A DNA stretch of 64,000 nt from a bacterium. Its GTDB lineage: Bacteria > Oederibacteriota > PGYV01. The translations under genes were made by a program, and so were the position numbers. The DNA lies in the NCBI GenBank assembly GCA_029565735.1, contig JAKQNO010000123.1, forward strand, positions 2,474 through 66,473, read 5' to 3'. The notes beneath the pieces were generated by a model. It saw nothing but the letters and a program-made list of their open reading frames with translations. It searched no databases and had not been told where the DNA came from. This document shows positions 52,457 to 63,200 of the stretch, piece after piece. Within the stretch, counting starts at the first letter, position 1. Each line of letters begins with the position of its first letter.

Positions 52457-54034
52457 TCAGCCTTTTGCCTTTGACTTTTGATTTTTCTCCTTCTCTTCTT
52501 CGCTTTGTATCCTTGGGAAAAGCGGGTCGCCCTTGGACACCTTTGTGCCTTCTTTCAAAAGCCCAAACTGCATTTCCTTTTCAAGGTCCAGGCTTTTCAT
52601 GTCATACGCCGTGCCCAGCTTTACCCATATTTTTTCCGCGGTTGCCGGCATTACAGGCGCTATCGCAAGCGACGTCAGCCTTATTGCTTCCAGCAGAAGA
52701 TAAAGCACGTTTTCAAGCGCCGCTTTCTGCCCGTTCTTAAAAAGGTTCCACGGCGTGGACAGGTCAATTAACTTATTGGACATGCCTATAATTTTCCACG
52801 TTTCCTTTAAAGCTTCGGAAAAATTCATGGCTTCCATCGCGCTTTCATACTTTTTCCACAGCGCTTTTTCCTGCGCCGCAAGGTTTTTCATATTATCATC
52901 GGCTTCACTTTCGTCATATTTACCGGATAGCCCTTCGCTGTATTTTTCAACCATATTAAGGGAACGGTTAATCAGGTTGCCAAGATCATTGGCAAGGTTG
53001 GTATTGAAGCTTAACTTAACCGCGTCTTCGTTAAAATCGCCGTCTTCGCCGTTTACAACATCAGCGGCAAAATAGTAGCGTATGGCTTCAGCGCCGTACT
53101 TCTGCGCCATTTCCACCGGGTCAACAACATTGCCGCGCGACTTGCTCATCTTTTCGCCTTTGTTTAAAAGAAATCCGTGGCCGAAAACTTTTTTTGGAAG
53201 TTCCAGCCCTGCCGACATAAGCATTATGGGCCATATGATGCAGTGAAACTTGGTGATGTCCTTGCCTATTATGTGCACATCAGCGGGCCAGTATTTATTA
53301 AATTTCGCGTCATCTGTCGCGAATCCGGCGGATGTGATGTAATTGATAAGGGCGTCAAACCATACATACACAGTCTGTGAAGGGTCAATGGGCAGCGGTA
53401 TGCCCCAGTTAATGCCGGGCCTGGAAACGCTGATATCCCTGAACCCGGACTTTAACATTGCCAGAATCTCGTTTTTTCTTGTGTCAGGTTCAATAAAACC
53501 CGGATTGTCCTCTATGTGTTTTAAAAGCCTGTCTGTGTATTTTGAAATTTTTATAAAATAATTTTCTTCCGTTATCAGGTCCGCCTTGACTTTGTGCGTG
53601 GGGCAGCAGTTGTCTTCGGTAAGGTCGGTCTTGTTGTAGAAAGCCTCGCACGATTTGCAGTACCAGCCTTCATATTTGCCTTTGTAAATATCGCCCGCGT
53701 CATAAATCCTTTTAAACAGCTCTGTCACGGATTTTTTGTGCCGCTCTTCTGTGGTCTGGATAAAATCCGTATTTGTTATTTCATAAAGCGCGCACAAATC
53801 CCTGTAGGCCACAGCCATTTCGTCGCAGTATTGCTTTGGGTCTTTATTTAGTTCTTTGGCTTTTGCCTGCACGTTTAAGCTGTGTTCGTCCGTGCCCGTG
53901 CAGAAAGCCACGTCATAACCGCGCAGCCTTTTATAGCGCGCCATTATGTCAGTTGCCACTTTTTCATATGCGTGGCCCGCGTGCGGCCTTGAATTAGCGT
54001 AATCTATGGCCGTAGTTATGTAAAATTTTTTCAT
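52457..54034 (-). CDS. metG: Methionyl-tRNA synthetase (short form, no C-terminal tRNA-binding domain)
   Basis: HAGH, GTDEH, YVWFDAL, GKDI..FH, KMSKS. Confidence 0.96.
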   Translation of the reverse strand: MKKFYITTAIDYANSRPHAGHAYEKVATDIMARYKRLRGYDVAFCTGTDEHSLNVQAKAKELNKDPKQYCDEMAVAYRDLCALYEITNTDFIQTTEERHKKSVTELFKRIYDAGDIYKGKYEGWYCKSCEAFYNKTDLTEDNCCPTHKVKADLITEENYFIKISKYTDRLLKHIEDNPGFIEPDTRKNEILAMLKSGFRDISVSRPGINWGIPLPIDPSQTVYVWFDALINYITSAGFATDDAKFNKYWPADVHIIGKDITKFHCIIWPIMLMSAGLELPKKVFGHGFLLNKGEKMSKSRGNVVDPVEMAQKYGAEAIRYYFAADVVNGEDGDFNEDAVKLSFNTNLANDLGNLINRSLNMVEKYSEGLSGKYDESEADDNMKNLAAQEKALWKKYESAMEAMNFSEALKETWKIIGMSNKLIDLSTPWNLFKNGQKAALENVLYLLLEAIRLTSLAIAPVMPATAEKIWVKLGTAYDMKSLDLEKEMQFGLLKEGTKVSKGDPLFPRIQSEEEKEKNQKSKAKG

Positions 54035-54098
54035 GAACCCTCCGGATAATCGGTAATTTAGCAGTATGGCCCGGCATTAAACAAAAAAACAGTTTGCC

Positions 54099-54830
54099 CT
54101 ATTCCCAGCTTACGTCAGCTTCAGCGTCATCAAGGCTTTTTATCTCTTTTGTATCAACGCCGGAATCGTAATACTGGACAACCGGTTTTACCGGCGCGTC
54201 GTATTTTTCATACGCAAGGCAGCACAAAAGCCTTCCGCAGACGCCTGATATTTTGGTCGGATTAAGGGGAAGCCCCTGGACTTTGGCCATCTTTATGGTT
54301 ATAGGCGAGAATGATTTAAGATACTGCTTGCAGCAGCAGACTCTTCCGCATATGCCTACGCCGCCTATCTTTTTTGCGTATTCCCTGCGGCTTATCTGCC
54401 TTAATTCTATCTTTACGCGCAGCGTTTTGACAAGGTCCTTTAAAAGTTCCCTGAAATCCACCCTGTTTTCCGCGACAAAAAAGAACACAACCTTTTTTAA
54501 GTCATCGGTATATGTGACTTCGGTCAGTTTCATCGGAAGCCTGCGGTTTTCTATCCTTTTGGCGCAGAACTCTTTTGCCTTTTCTTCCATGCGCTTTTTT
54601 TTCTGCTCAAAAAGTTCCTGTTTGTCTGTAAGGTATTTAATAACCCTTCTTACAGGCGCGTAGACTTTGTCAGGCTCTATAAAAAAGTTCGCAAGCGAAA
54701 CTTCGGCTTCTTTTTCGCCGTCAATAGTCTCTACCAGGCACTTTTCGCCTTTTTCAAGCTGAAGTTTGCTTGGATTATAATAATATATCTTTTCGTCTTC
54801 CTTAAATTTTACGCCTACAATTTCAATCAT
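54099..54830 (-). CDS. ricT: PSP1/RicT (YaaT) family protein
   Basis: RVDFRELLKDL, GGVGICGR.CC, KISGVCGRLLCCL.YE. Confidence 0.9.
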   Translation of the reverse strand: MIEIVGVKFKEDEKIYYYNPSKLQLEKGEKCLVETIDGEKEAEVSLANFFIEPDKVYAPVRRVIKYLTDKQELFEQKKKRMEEKAKEFCAKRIENRRLPMKLTEVTYTDDLKKVVFFFVAENRVDFRELLKDLVKTLRVKIELRQISRREYAKKIGGVGICGRVCCCKQYLKSFSPITIKMAKVQGLPLNPTKISGVCGRLLCCLAYEKYDAPVKPVVQYYDSGVDTKEIKSLDDAEADVSWE

Positions 54831-55890
54831 TTCTTAAACCTTCCTTTCGAATGCCGAAAAACAGCCCTGAAAAAAGAAGACCGGTATTGGCGTTGGCCAA
54901 AAGGTCCCGCTGCGCCGACTCTATAAGCCCTATTATATTGACTATCTTTTTTTCGCTTAATTCACGGATTTCCGAAGAATTAATGGAATATTTCTGCTTC
55001 ATAACGTCCTTTACCCCGGCTTTGGCCAGCAGTAAATCTTTATAAATATATGATAATATCTTTAAAATATCAAGGAAAAAAACCTTTGGGCTGCCGTCTT
55101 TATCGTCTTTTTTGGCCTTTTTGGCGGTTTCAAGCTCCTGAATCTTGTTAAATATCCCCTCTATATTGTCAGTTTTGCCCGATATAATACGTGCTATAGA
55201 GGCAGCGGCCGCGACTTTTTCCTTGATACCTTCATAGTCAAAAGCATCGCCTATCCTGCCGTCGCAGAACATTACGGCTTCTTCCAGTTTTTCGCCGGCA
55301 AGCTCCGGCTTTACTGTTTTCAGCTTTGCCCTTATTTCATTAACCGGAGCCCTTTTAATTTCCACCCTGTGGCACCTTGAAATTATTGTGGGAAGCATTT
55401 TTTCCTGATTATTCACAATAAGAATTATAACCGCGTTTTCATTGGGTTCTTCCAGTTCCTTTAAAATGGCGTTGGCCGCCACATTGTTCATTTTTTCCGC
55501 GTCATTTATTATCACTATTTTCTTTTTAAGTTTTATCGCCCTGTACGCGTTAATTTCCTGCAGCTTATCAAGAACCATGTCAATTACGATGTTCACCTTT
55601 TCCGTGTTTATGTACAGAACATCCGGATGCGGGTTTAACTGCATGCCTTCTTCATCAAGCTCCGTAAATACCCTGTCTATCAGCCTGCAATTCGGGCAGA
55701 CGCCGCAGCTGTCCGAATCAGGAAGCGGGGTTTCACAGTTTAACGCTTTGGCAAACTGTATTGCCGAATATTTTTTGCCTGTGTTTTCCTCGCCGGTAAA
55801 CATATAAGAAGTGCCCGTCTTCGGGGATTTTACGTACGAAAGAAGGGTGTTTTTTGCAAGTCCGTTGCCGGCGATATCTTTAACAGCCAT
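54823..55890 (-). CDS. holB: DNA polymerase III delta-prime
   Basis: C...CGVCPNC Zn motif, HPDV, AANAILKELEEP, LPTIISRC; tmk-holB-ricT synteny. Confidence 0.88.
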   Translation of the reverse strand: MAVKDIAGNGLAKNTLLSYVKSPKTGTSYMFTGEENTGKKYSAIQFAKALNCETPLPDSDSCGVCPNCRLIDRVFTELDEEGMQLNPHPDVLYINTEKVNIVIDMVLDKLQEINAYRAIKLKKKIVIINDAEKMNNVAANAILKELEEPNENAVIILIVNNQEKMLPTIISRCHRVEIKRAPVNEIRAKLKTVKPELAGEKLEEAVMFCDGRIGDAFDYEGIKEKVAAAASIARIISGKTDNIEGIFNKIQELETAKKAKKDDKDGSPKVFFLDILKILSYIYKDLLLAKAGVKDVMKQKYSINSSEIRELSEKKIVNIIGLIESAQRDLLANANTGLLFSGLFFGIRKEGLRND

Positions 55891-56513
55891 TAACAAACCC
55901 TCTTTTTACAAAGAAGTTTTATGGTTTCATTAAAAATTTCTTCTTTAGATTTGCCGTCTGTCTTTATCAGATAAATGGATTTATTGTTTGCGGCTTCAGC
56001 AAGATAACCAGCCCTTACTTTTTTATGAAACGCCGCGGCTTCCGCGTCCAGCCTGTCGTGTTTTTCCCTTTTGCTCAGCCGTATTGCCGCCTCTTTTTCC
56101 GTCACGTCAAAAACAACCGTCATAAATACCTTTACCCCTTTTGCGACATAATCATTCAGAATCTTAATCTGTTTTTTATCCAGGCCGCGCGCATAGCCCT
56201 GATAAACAAGGGTGGAAAGGCTGAAACGGTCAAGTATTACTGTGGCGCCGCCGTCCAGAAGCGGTTTTAATTTTTCCTCTATTATCTGCGCCCTGCTGGC
56301 TATATATAACAGCAGTTCTGTCTTTTTTGTCATAGCTTTATGGGCAGGGTCAAGTATTATGGCGCGTATTTTTTCCGAAATCACATTGCCGCCCGGCTCC
56401 CTTAAAAGCACGGTTTTGATACCGCGGCCTTTTAAATATTCAAAGGCCATCTGCGCCTGCGTGGACTTCCCGCACCCTTCCGGCCCTTCAAAAACTATCA
56501 GTTTCCCTTTCAT
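55890..56513 (-). CDS. tmk: Thymidylate kinase
   Basis: FEGPEGCGKST, REPG, DRF...YQG; TTTAAA-17 nt-TATACT promoter at 56585-56557. Confidence 0.96.
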   Translation of the reverse strand: MKGKLIVFEGPEGCGKSTQAQMAFEYLKGRGIKTVLLREPGGNVISEKIRAIILDPAHKAMTKKTELLLYIASRAQIIEEKLKPLLDGGATVILDRFSLSTLVYQGYARGLDKKQIKILNDYVAKGVKVFMTVVFDVTEKEAAIRLSKREKHDRLDAEAAAFHKKVRAGYLAEAANNKSIYLIKTDGKSKEEIFNETIKLLCKKRVC

Positions 56514-56680
56514 TTTTGCTCCTGTTTTTGCTTTTCTTTGCAAATCCGGTTTTACAAGTATATCACGGTTGGCTTATATTTTAAACCCGTGAATACATAC
56601 ACTATGGCAGGCAGATTTCGGCGCTGATATAATTCAATTTCAATCAGTTATTATTTTATAGAATGTTTACTAATTTAAAA

Positions 56681-57250
56681 CTACTGAAGGATATAAGAAT
56701 TTTCTATTGTCGTAATGCCTGTTTTTGTATGGTATTTTTCGGTTATCCTTGCAGGGTATTCCGCCCCTTTGGATTTTGTATAACCGTCTATCTTAAACTC
56801 ATAAGATTTATTGCCTTTGGCATCATAAAATCTCATACTTTCTATCTTTTTATCCTTTACAATTATTCTTATCTGCGGGTACGCAATTTTCTGCCCTTTT
56901 GGAATTGCCGTTATTTCTTCCGCCCCCATTTTTATACGTTCATCTTTGATTTTCACTGATAAGACATAATTTTTAAAATAATTTTCTGCGTCAAAATAGC
57001 AGGCAGGTTCATTACCGGCAGCTTGTCCCGGCTCTTTGACAGCAGCACTTACAGCGGTTTTTTTTACGTTTTCTTTCACCTTACCGATATTATCTTTTAC
57101 TGTTTTTGCACTTTCACGCTTTAAAATAATTCCGCTTACTGCCCTGCCGTTAGCATATGCCTGTTCCATAATCTGTTCAGCCGTCTGCCCTGACATAACC
57201 ACATTTACCGATGTAAAAACCATAATTAATAACATTATTGTTTTTTTCAT
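56681..57250 (-). CDS. Exported hypothetical protein, possibly LolA-like
   Basis: Signal peptide; QTAEQIMEQA; RFYDAKGNK...YPARITE; starts 4 nt after the giant gene's stop. Confidence 0.6.
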   Translation of the reverse strand: MKKTIMLLIMVFTSVNVVMSGQTAEQIMEQAYANGRAVSGIILKRESAKTVKDNIGKVKENVKKTAVSAAVKEPGQAAGNEPACYFDAENYFKNYVLSVKIKDERIKMGAEEITAIPKGQKIAYPQIRIIVKDKKIESMRFYDAKGNKSYEFKIDGYTKSKGAEYPARITEKYHTKTGITTIENSYILQ

Positions 57251-57254
57251 ATTT

Positions 57255-60200
57255 TCACCTTATCACAGCGATTTTTTTAGTAATTATTTTTTCAGGTGTT
57301 ATGACCTTTAAAATATATATCCCGTTTGCCGCCTGTCTTCCCGTGCTGTTTTTTAAATCCCACCTTATGGTATTTATGCCCGGCCTTGTATCTGCCGCGG
57401 CATATTCCTGAACAAATACCTTTTTACCTGTGATATCAAAAATAACAATTGAAATATCTGTTTTTTTATCAAGAGAGAACCGTATAGTGGTATTTTCAGA
57501 ACACGGATTTGGATAATTGTACGTATTTGCGCCGCTTATACCCTCAAACTCCTCTGTTTTTAAATACTTGCTTATGCTCAATATTCCCATCCCCGGCTCG
57601 CTTCCCCACACCTTTACGCCGTCAACATATACGGTTACTTTATCCCATGACGTGTAATTTGTGCTGTTTAAGAAACTGTGGTCATTTCCCTGATTATACG
57701 CGCTCCAGTCCGCCTTGTTAAACCTTGTCTGAATTTCCGCGTATTCCCCGCTTTGCAGCACACCTGCCCCGGATGCAAAGGAAATCTTTAAGTATCTGTC
57801 CTGATAATCAGCAAAACTGCCGCTTATTATTTCAAGCGCAGTGTAATCGGCTATTACAGTGCCTGAAGGCTGTTTGGCAACATAATCTTTCCATGCCTGT
57901 TCCGTTGTATAATCCCCGTCAAATTTATACCAGTACCTTATCTCTACCCTGCTTAAATCAATTGCCCCGCCGTCATTATATAACCTGAAATTCGGATGCG
58001 GAGAATTGGTATTAAGGTTTATATCTGTGGATTTATTTTCAATTCTTAAAGCAACAGCAGGCGGCGTCATTGTAATTGTTGCCGTGAATACTGCCTGCAA
58101 TGTATGTGTTTCCGTACACGTTTCCGTTACAGTTGGTGTTGCTGTGCAGGTTGCCGTGTCAGTCTGCGTTGCTGTAACAGTATGCGTTTTGGTAACACTG
58201 TCAGTAACCGTCATTGTGGATGTACCTGTTTCTGTTATTGTTTCTGTCGCGGTAAAGCTTACGGTGAACGTTTCAGTACAACTTGCTGTCTCTGTTTTCG
58301 TTGATGTAACTTCCGGCGTTACAGTCTGCGTTTCAGACGGGGTAATAACAGCCGTCGGCGTGCATTCTGTCGGCTCTATGCCCCACGCAATAACGCCGTT
58401 AATATATACCGTTATCTTATCCCATACCGAATAATTTGAAACAGCCCCGAAACTATAGTCGTTTTCCTGATTATACGCGCTCCAGTCCTGCTTATTAAAC
58501 CTTGTGTTCACATCCACATAACCATTTTGCACAAGAGTTCCACAGGAACCGCTGAATAAAACGCTGAAATACCTGTCCTGTCCGCAGCCTTGGTTTGCAG
58601 GGGTAATCAGAGCGGACGTATTTGCGGCAATATTTTCTCCGCCTGGCAGTTTGTTTGCCGAATCAATCAGCGCGGTTTCTGAACCTGCCAATCCGTCATA
58701 TTTATACCAGTACCTTATTTCCACCGCGCTTAAATCCAGAGCCCTTGAATCATTATTTACAAGCCTGAACTGCGGATGCGGTGAATTTGTTTCCGCGGAA
58801 ACATTATCCGTTTTAAACAGCAGTGTTATGTCCATAACAGCCGTGGATGTCTGTGTTACTGTCTCAGTTGCCGTCACCGTAGATGTCTCTGTTATTGTAT
58901 TTGTTTCTGTGATTGTTGCGGTTTGTGTAATCGTTGGCGTATCCGTAATTGTAGGCGTTCCATATAAGAAAATTACCGGATTTGACGGTACGCTTTCCTG
59001 GTCATACTCATCTATCGCGGTTATTATAAATGTATATTCAACGCCGGCAGTCAATCCCGTTACAGTATATGTATTTCCTGTCACAGGCTCGTCGTCATTC
59101 AGCCTTATATAAGGATTATTCAGCATATAGACATTTGCTTTGATTGTATCCATATCCCATACCAGCACTACAGTCCCATCCGGGGATACCGACGCGGTTG
59201 CGTTCTGCGGCGGCAGCGGGTCGGGCGGGGCTATGGCAACCGGCGTTGTTACCGCAAGGCAGGATATTGAACTGCCTACATTAAAATACGCCCTGTTATT
59301 TGCCACTGCCACGTGTGTTTTCTGGCCTTCAGTAAATATTCTGGATAATGTGCCGTTGGTGCCTTTCTGCAGAATATAAAATTCATGGTCTGTCCCAAAA
59401 TAAACCTTTCCAAGCGAATCAACAACAATATCAGATGTGATATCTGCCGCTATATCCGGCTCTGTGCCTGCCTCATAATAACCGGTGAAGTAACGCAGGA
59501 TTGAATGGTTATTTGAGCCGTCATAATTATAGCTGAAAAGCCCGGCCAAATCATTACCTTCATAATTTGAAGGATTGAATTCACCGGTTACATTTTCAAG
59601 ATACCATGGTACCACATTCCCTGCGTAAAACAGTTCGCCTGTATCTTTGTATATTGCGCCTAACGGCGGAATAATATCATCAATTCCTCCGGAATACACA
59701 TATCCCGTATTAATTACGTCAAGAATACCGCCTGTCAAATCCCTGTTTATTAAGATATATACATATGCTTCAGATGTGTCTCTTGTATGGACAAAAATAC
59801 GGTTCCGTTGTTCATCTATAAGAAACTCTGCATACATAGAATAATCTATCCCCAAATCCATTTCCGTCCTTGAATCCAAATCACCATTGCTGTTATACCG
59901 TACAATCTTAAGCCCTTCAGGCGCGTTTGTTCCCACATTTATCATCGGTTCGGCAAAATACACATAACCCGCACTGTCAATTGCCGCGTCATATCCCGAC
60001 ATCCTTGTAAATAAATGCGTGCCCAGCGTTTTCCCCTGCCATTCATCCGTCGGCGGCAATGTGCCGTTATCTTTAAACTTTCTTAGCCCCGCGTCTATTG
60101 AAGATACATAAACATAACCCGGATAATCCACCTGAATGTTATGGGTTACAAAAAGCCCGCTGTAATCCCATTGCAGGTTATATTCCCAGACATCGGCGCC

Positions 60201-63200
60201 ATCAGCCCTGTTTATGGCTTTAACTCCATAAAACTCGCTGCTATGTTCGCCATAATACAGGTGGTTATTCATGCCAAGGGCTATGCTTGAATAACCGTCT
60301 TTTACAGTTACAAAATCACTGGTTCCATCAGGGGCTATTCTGTATATTTTTGAAGTATCAGCTACCGTATGAAAATAAACATTATTTTCATTGTCCACGA
60401 CAATATTACCAAGCGGCGGGCTGTCAGGCACAATAAAGTTCCAGACATTATTTAACGCGTCAACAGGCCCCGGTATGGCGCTATATCCCGTATGCTGCGA
60501 ATCAAACCCCGTCTGCGGCCACGCTATTTCTAAATGGTCAGGTGTATTGGTCGGCGTCAGCGTGTATGTTAGGGTAATAGTTTCTGTTGATGTAATAGTT
60601 ACCGTATATGTATTCTCCGGCGTGCACGTTTCCGTAACCGTGGATGTTTGTGTGCCTGTAGTTGTTTCTGTAATGGTTTCTGTGCCTGTTTCCGTTGCAG
60701 TTTGTGTCGCAGTTTCAGTAACAGTATCCGTCATTGAGGATGTAGCCGTTCCAGTGACAGTTTCAGTAATTGTCGAAGATATAGTTTCTGTGCAAGTCTC
60801 AGTTGCTGTCTCAGTAACTGTTTCTGTTGCCGTTTCAGTGACAGTTTCCTTAGCAGTTTCAGTTATAGTAGAAGTCGTGGTTTCTGTAGAAGTTTCTGTT
60901 ATTGTCTGTGTCAGCGTTTCAGTGTGGGATTGCGTACCCGTTTCTGTAATTGTCGCCGTTTCAGTTTCCGTAACAGTATTTGTCATTGTCTCCGTTATTG
61001 TTTCCGTAACCGTGCTCGTCGCCGTCTCCGTTACAGTCTCTGTCATTGTCTGCGTTATAGTTTCTGTGGCGCTTTGCGTATTTGTCCCGGTTATGGTCAG
61101 CGTAGGCGTAAATGTATATATAGCCAGGTGCCCTGTGTGTACTTCTACCCAGTCCGCAGATGCCGATGCTTCATAATTGCCTTCTTCTTTAATAACGCAC
61201 AATCCTGCCGTCGTATATGCGCCGTATTCAGTGTCATTCCCCGTAACCGCCACAGTCATAATTTCAATATGATTGCCCGTATATAACACCGCGGATAAAC
61301 CGCCCCCGTCATAAACCATCTGTACCAGATAATACTGCGCGATATCAAATCCTGGTATGTCGGTTTCTGACAGAATCGAATTATCACCTTTTATAATCCG
61401 CAGTTTGCCGTTGCCTGTCACAAGCGCGGCATATCCTTCGTTAGACTGGCTTCCGCCCTTGATGGAAACGCCTGCAGATGTATATGCAGAACCAAGTTTT
61501 ATCTTTGCCGTCGCTTCTCCGTCCGTTATGCCGGCTTCCCTTACAACAAGGCATCTTGATTCATAATCGTAGCTCCCGGTGTATTCAAAACCTATCTCAG
61601 TCCCGGTTTCTGTTATATCCCAATAGCCTCCAAAAACCTTAATCCAGTAATTTTCCCAGCTGTTATCATCAAAATGGTCAAATACAAGCATATCACCGGG
61701 ATAAGGCGTTAAAGTTACAGTAGGCGTATTTGAAGTTGTACCTGTCGCGGTAGCCGTTTCAGTCACCTGGGTTGTGCTTGTCCTTGTGGGTGTTGCTGTT
61801 TGGCTTACGGTAAAAGTGCCGTTTATTATATATGTTTCAGTAATTGACCATGTGGGAGTTATCGTCAGCGTTTCTGTAGCGGTTTCTGTAACCGTCGGCG
61901 AAGGCGTATCAGTCATAGTGTAAGAAGGCGTCCTTGTAAAAGTTAATGACCATGTCATTGTAATAGTTTCAGTTAAGGTCTGTGACTGCGTTTCTGTCAG
62001 CGTTAAAGTGGCTGTTCCCGTTTCCGAAGGGGTAAAAATAACCTTTGAATTATTATGAACCTGAATCCAGTCAGCCTGCACGCTTCCCGTTAACGCCCCT
62101 TCGCCTTTGCCGGCATATATTCCGGCATAAGTATTATTTAAGAAACTTTCCGTCGTGATTGAAAGCGTTGTTAAAAACGTATATGAATCATCATAAAAAT
62201 CCGCTTTAATCAAAGCCCCTTCCGCTTTTATATGGACAATAAAATACATATTCCGCTCAAAAGTAACAGAAGATACAGCCCTTTCAGTTGTGGTATATGA
62301 CAATGACCTTGATCTTAATTCAAAATAACCGTCTTCATTTAAAAACGCGGCAATGCCGGTATGTATTTCCCCTGAAACGCCCGAATTTCTTACAATTACG
62401 CCCGCTTCCGAAAATTCAGTACTTGCCCTTACCCTTGCTATTATTTGGATATCAGATGAACTAAAATTCTTAATTAATTCCGCGTGTTCAGAAATATCCG
62501 CCCTTTGGTTTATATAATCAAAAACAGCATCTGTTCCGCTCTCATTTATTTCCCACGCCGCAAAATAAACCTGCTTTGTCCATCCGCTTATGTCCGCGTC
62601 ATCAAAGTGGTCATAACACAGCATATTTTCAGGTGTTTCAGTTGACGTAATGGTTATTGTTGGCGTTGCCGTAACAGTGGGTGTTATACTTGCGGTAAAA
62701 GTGGTTGTCGGCGTATACACAGGCTGAACAGAAGTATAAGCGCCAAAATATTCAAAATCTGCGGTTCCGGAACTTAATCCCTGAGTAATCATAAACATTG
62801 AATATTTTGTATTTGCTGTATAAGTATAAGCAGAATCCGTATATTTAACTTCTTCTATCAGTACACCTGAAGTGGTATAAAACGAAGCTGTGAAAGTATT
62901 ATCATTTCTTTTGAAACTTATTAAATAATACTGCCCCTGCTGATAAGATACATTTGTATCCTGAACAATCACATCTCCCTTTCTTATTACAAAATCGCCG
63001 TCCTTAGACAGCGAAGCAGAATACCCGGTACCAAAAGTATCCCCGCAAAGAATTAAACCGGCTTCTGTAGAAGATGTGTTAACTTTAACAAGAGCCTTGA
63101 TTTCTACAACATCACTTGAACCACGGTCTCTGGATATTCCGCACTTCCTTACAAAATTCATATAATAGAAATTATCAGTTAACTGGAATCTAATTTGTGA

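Noticed and set aside
54035..54098. T-box or SAM leader before metG
   Set aside because: Only 64 nt, with no T-box motif or terminator.
60391..61176. Val/Ser-rich plus-strand ORF (also 58006-58434 and 58651-59112)
   Set aside because: Reverse-complement artefact of Thr-rich codons.
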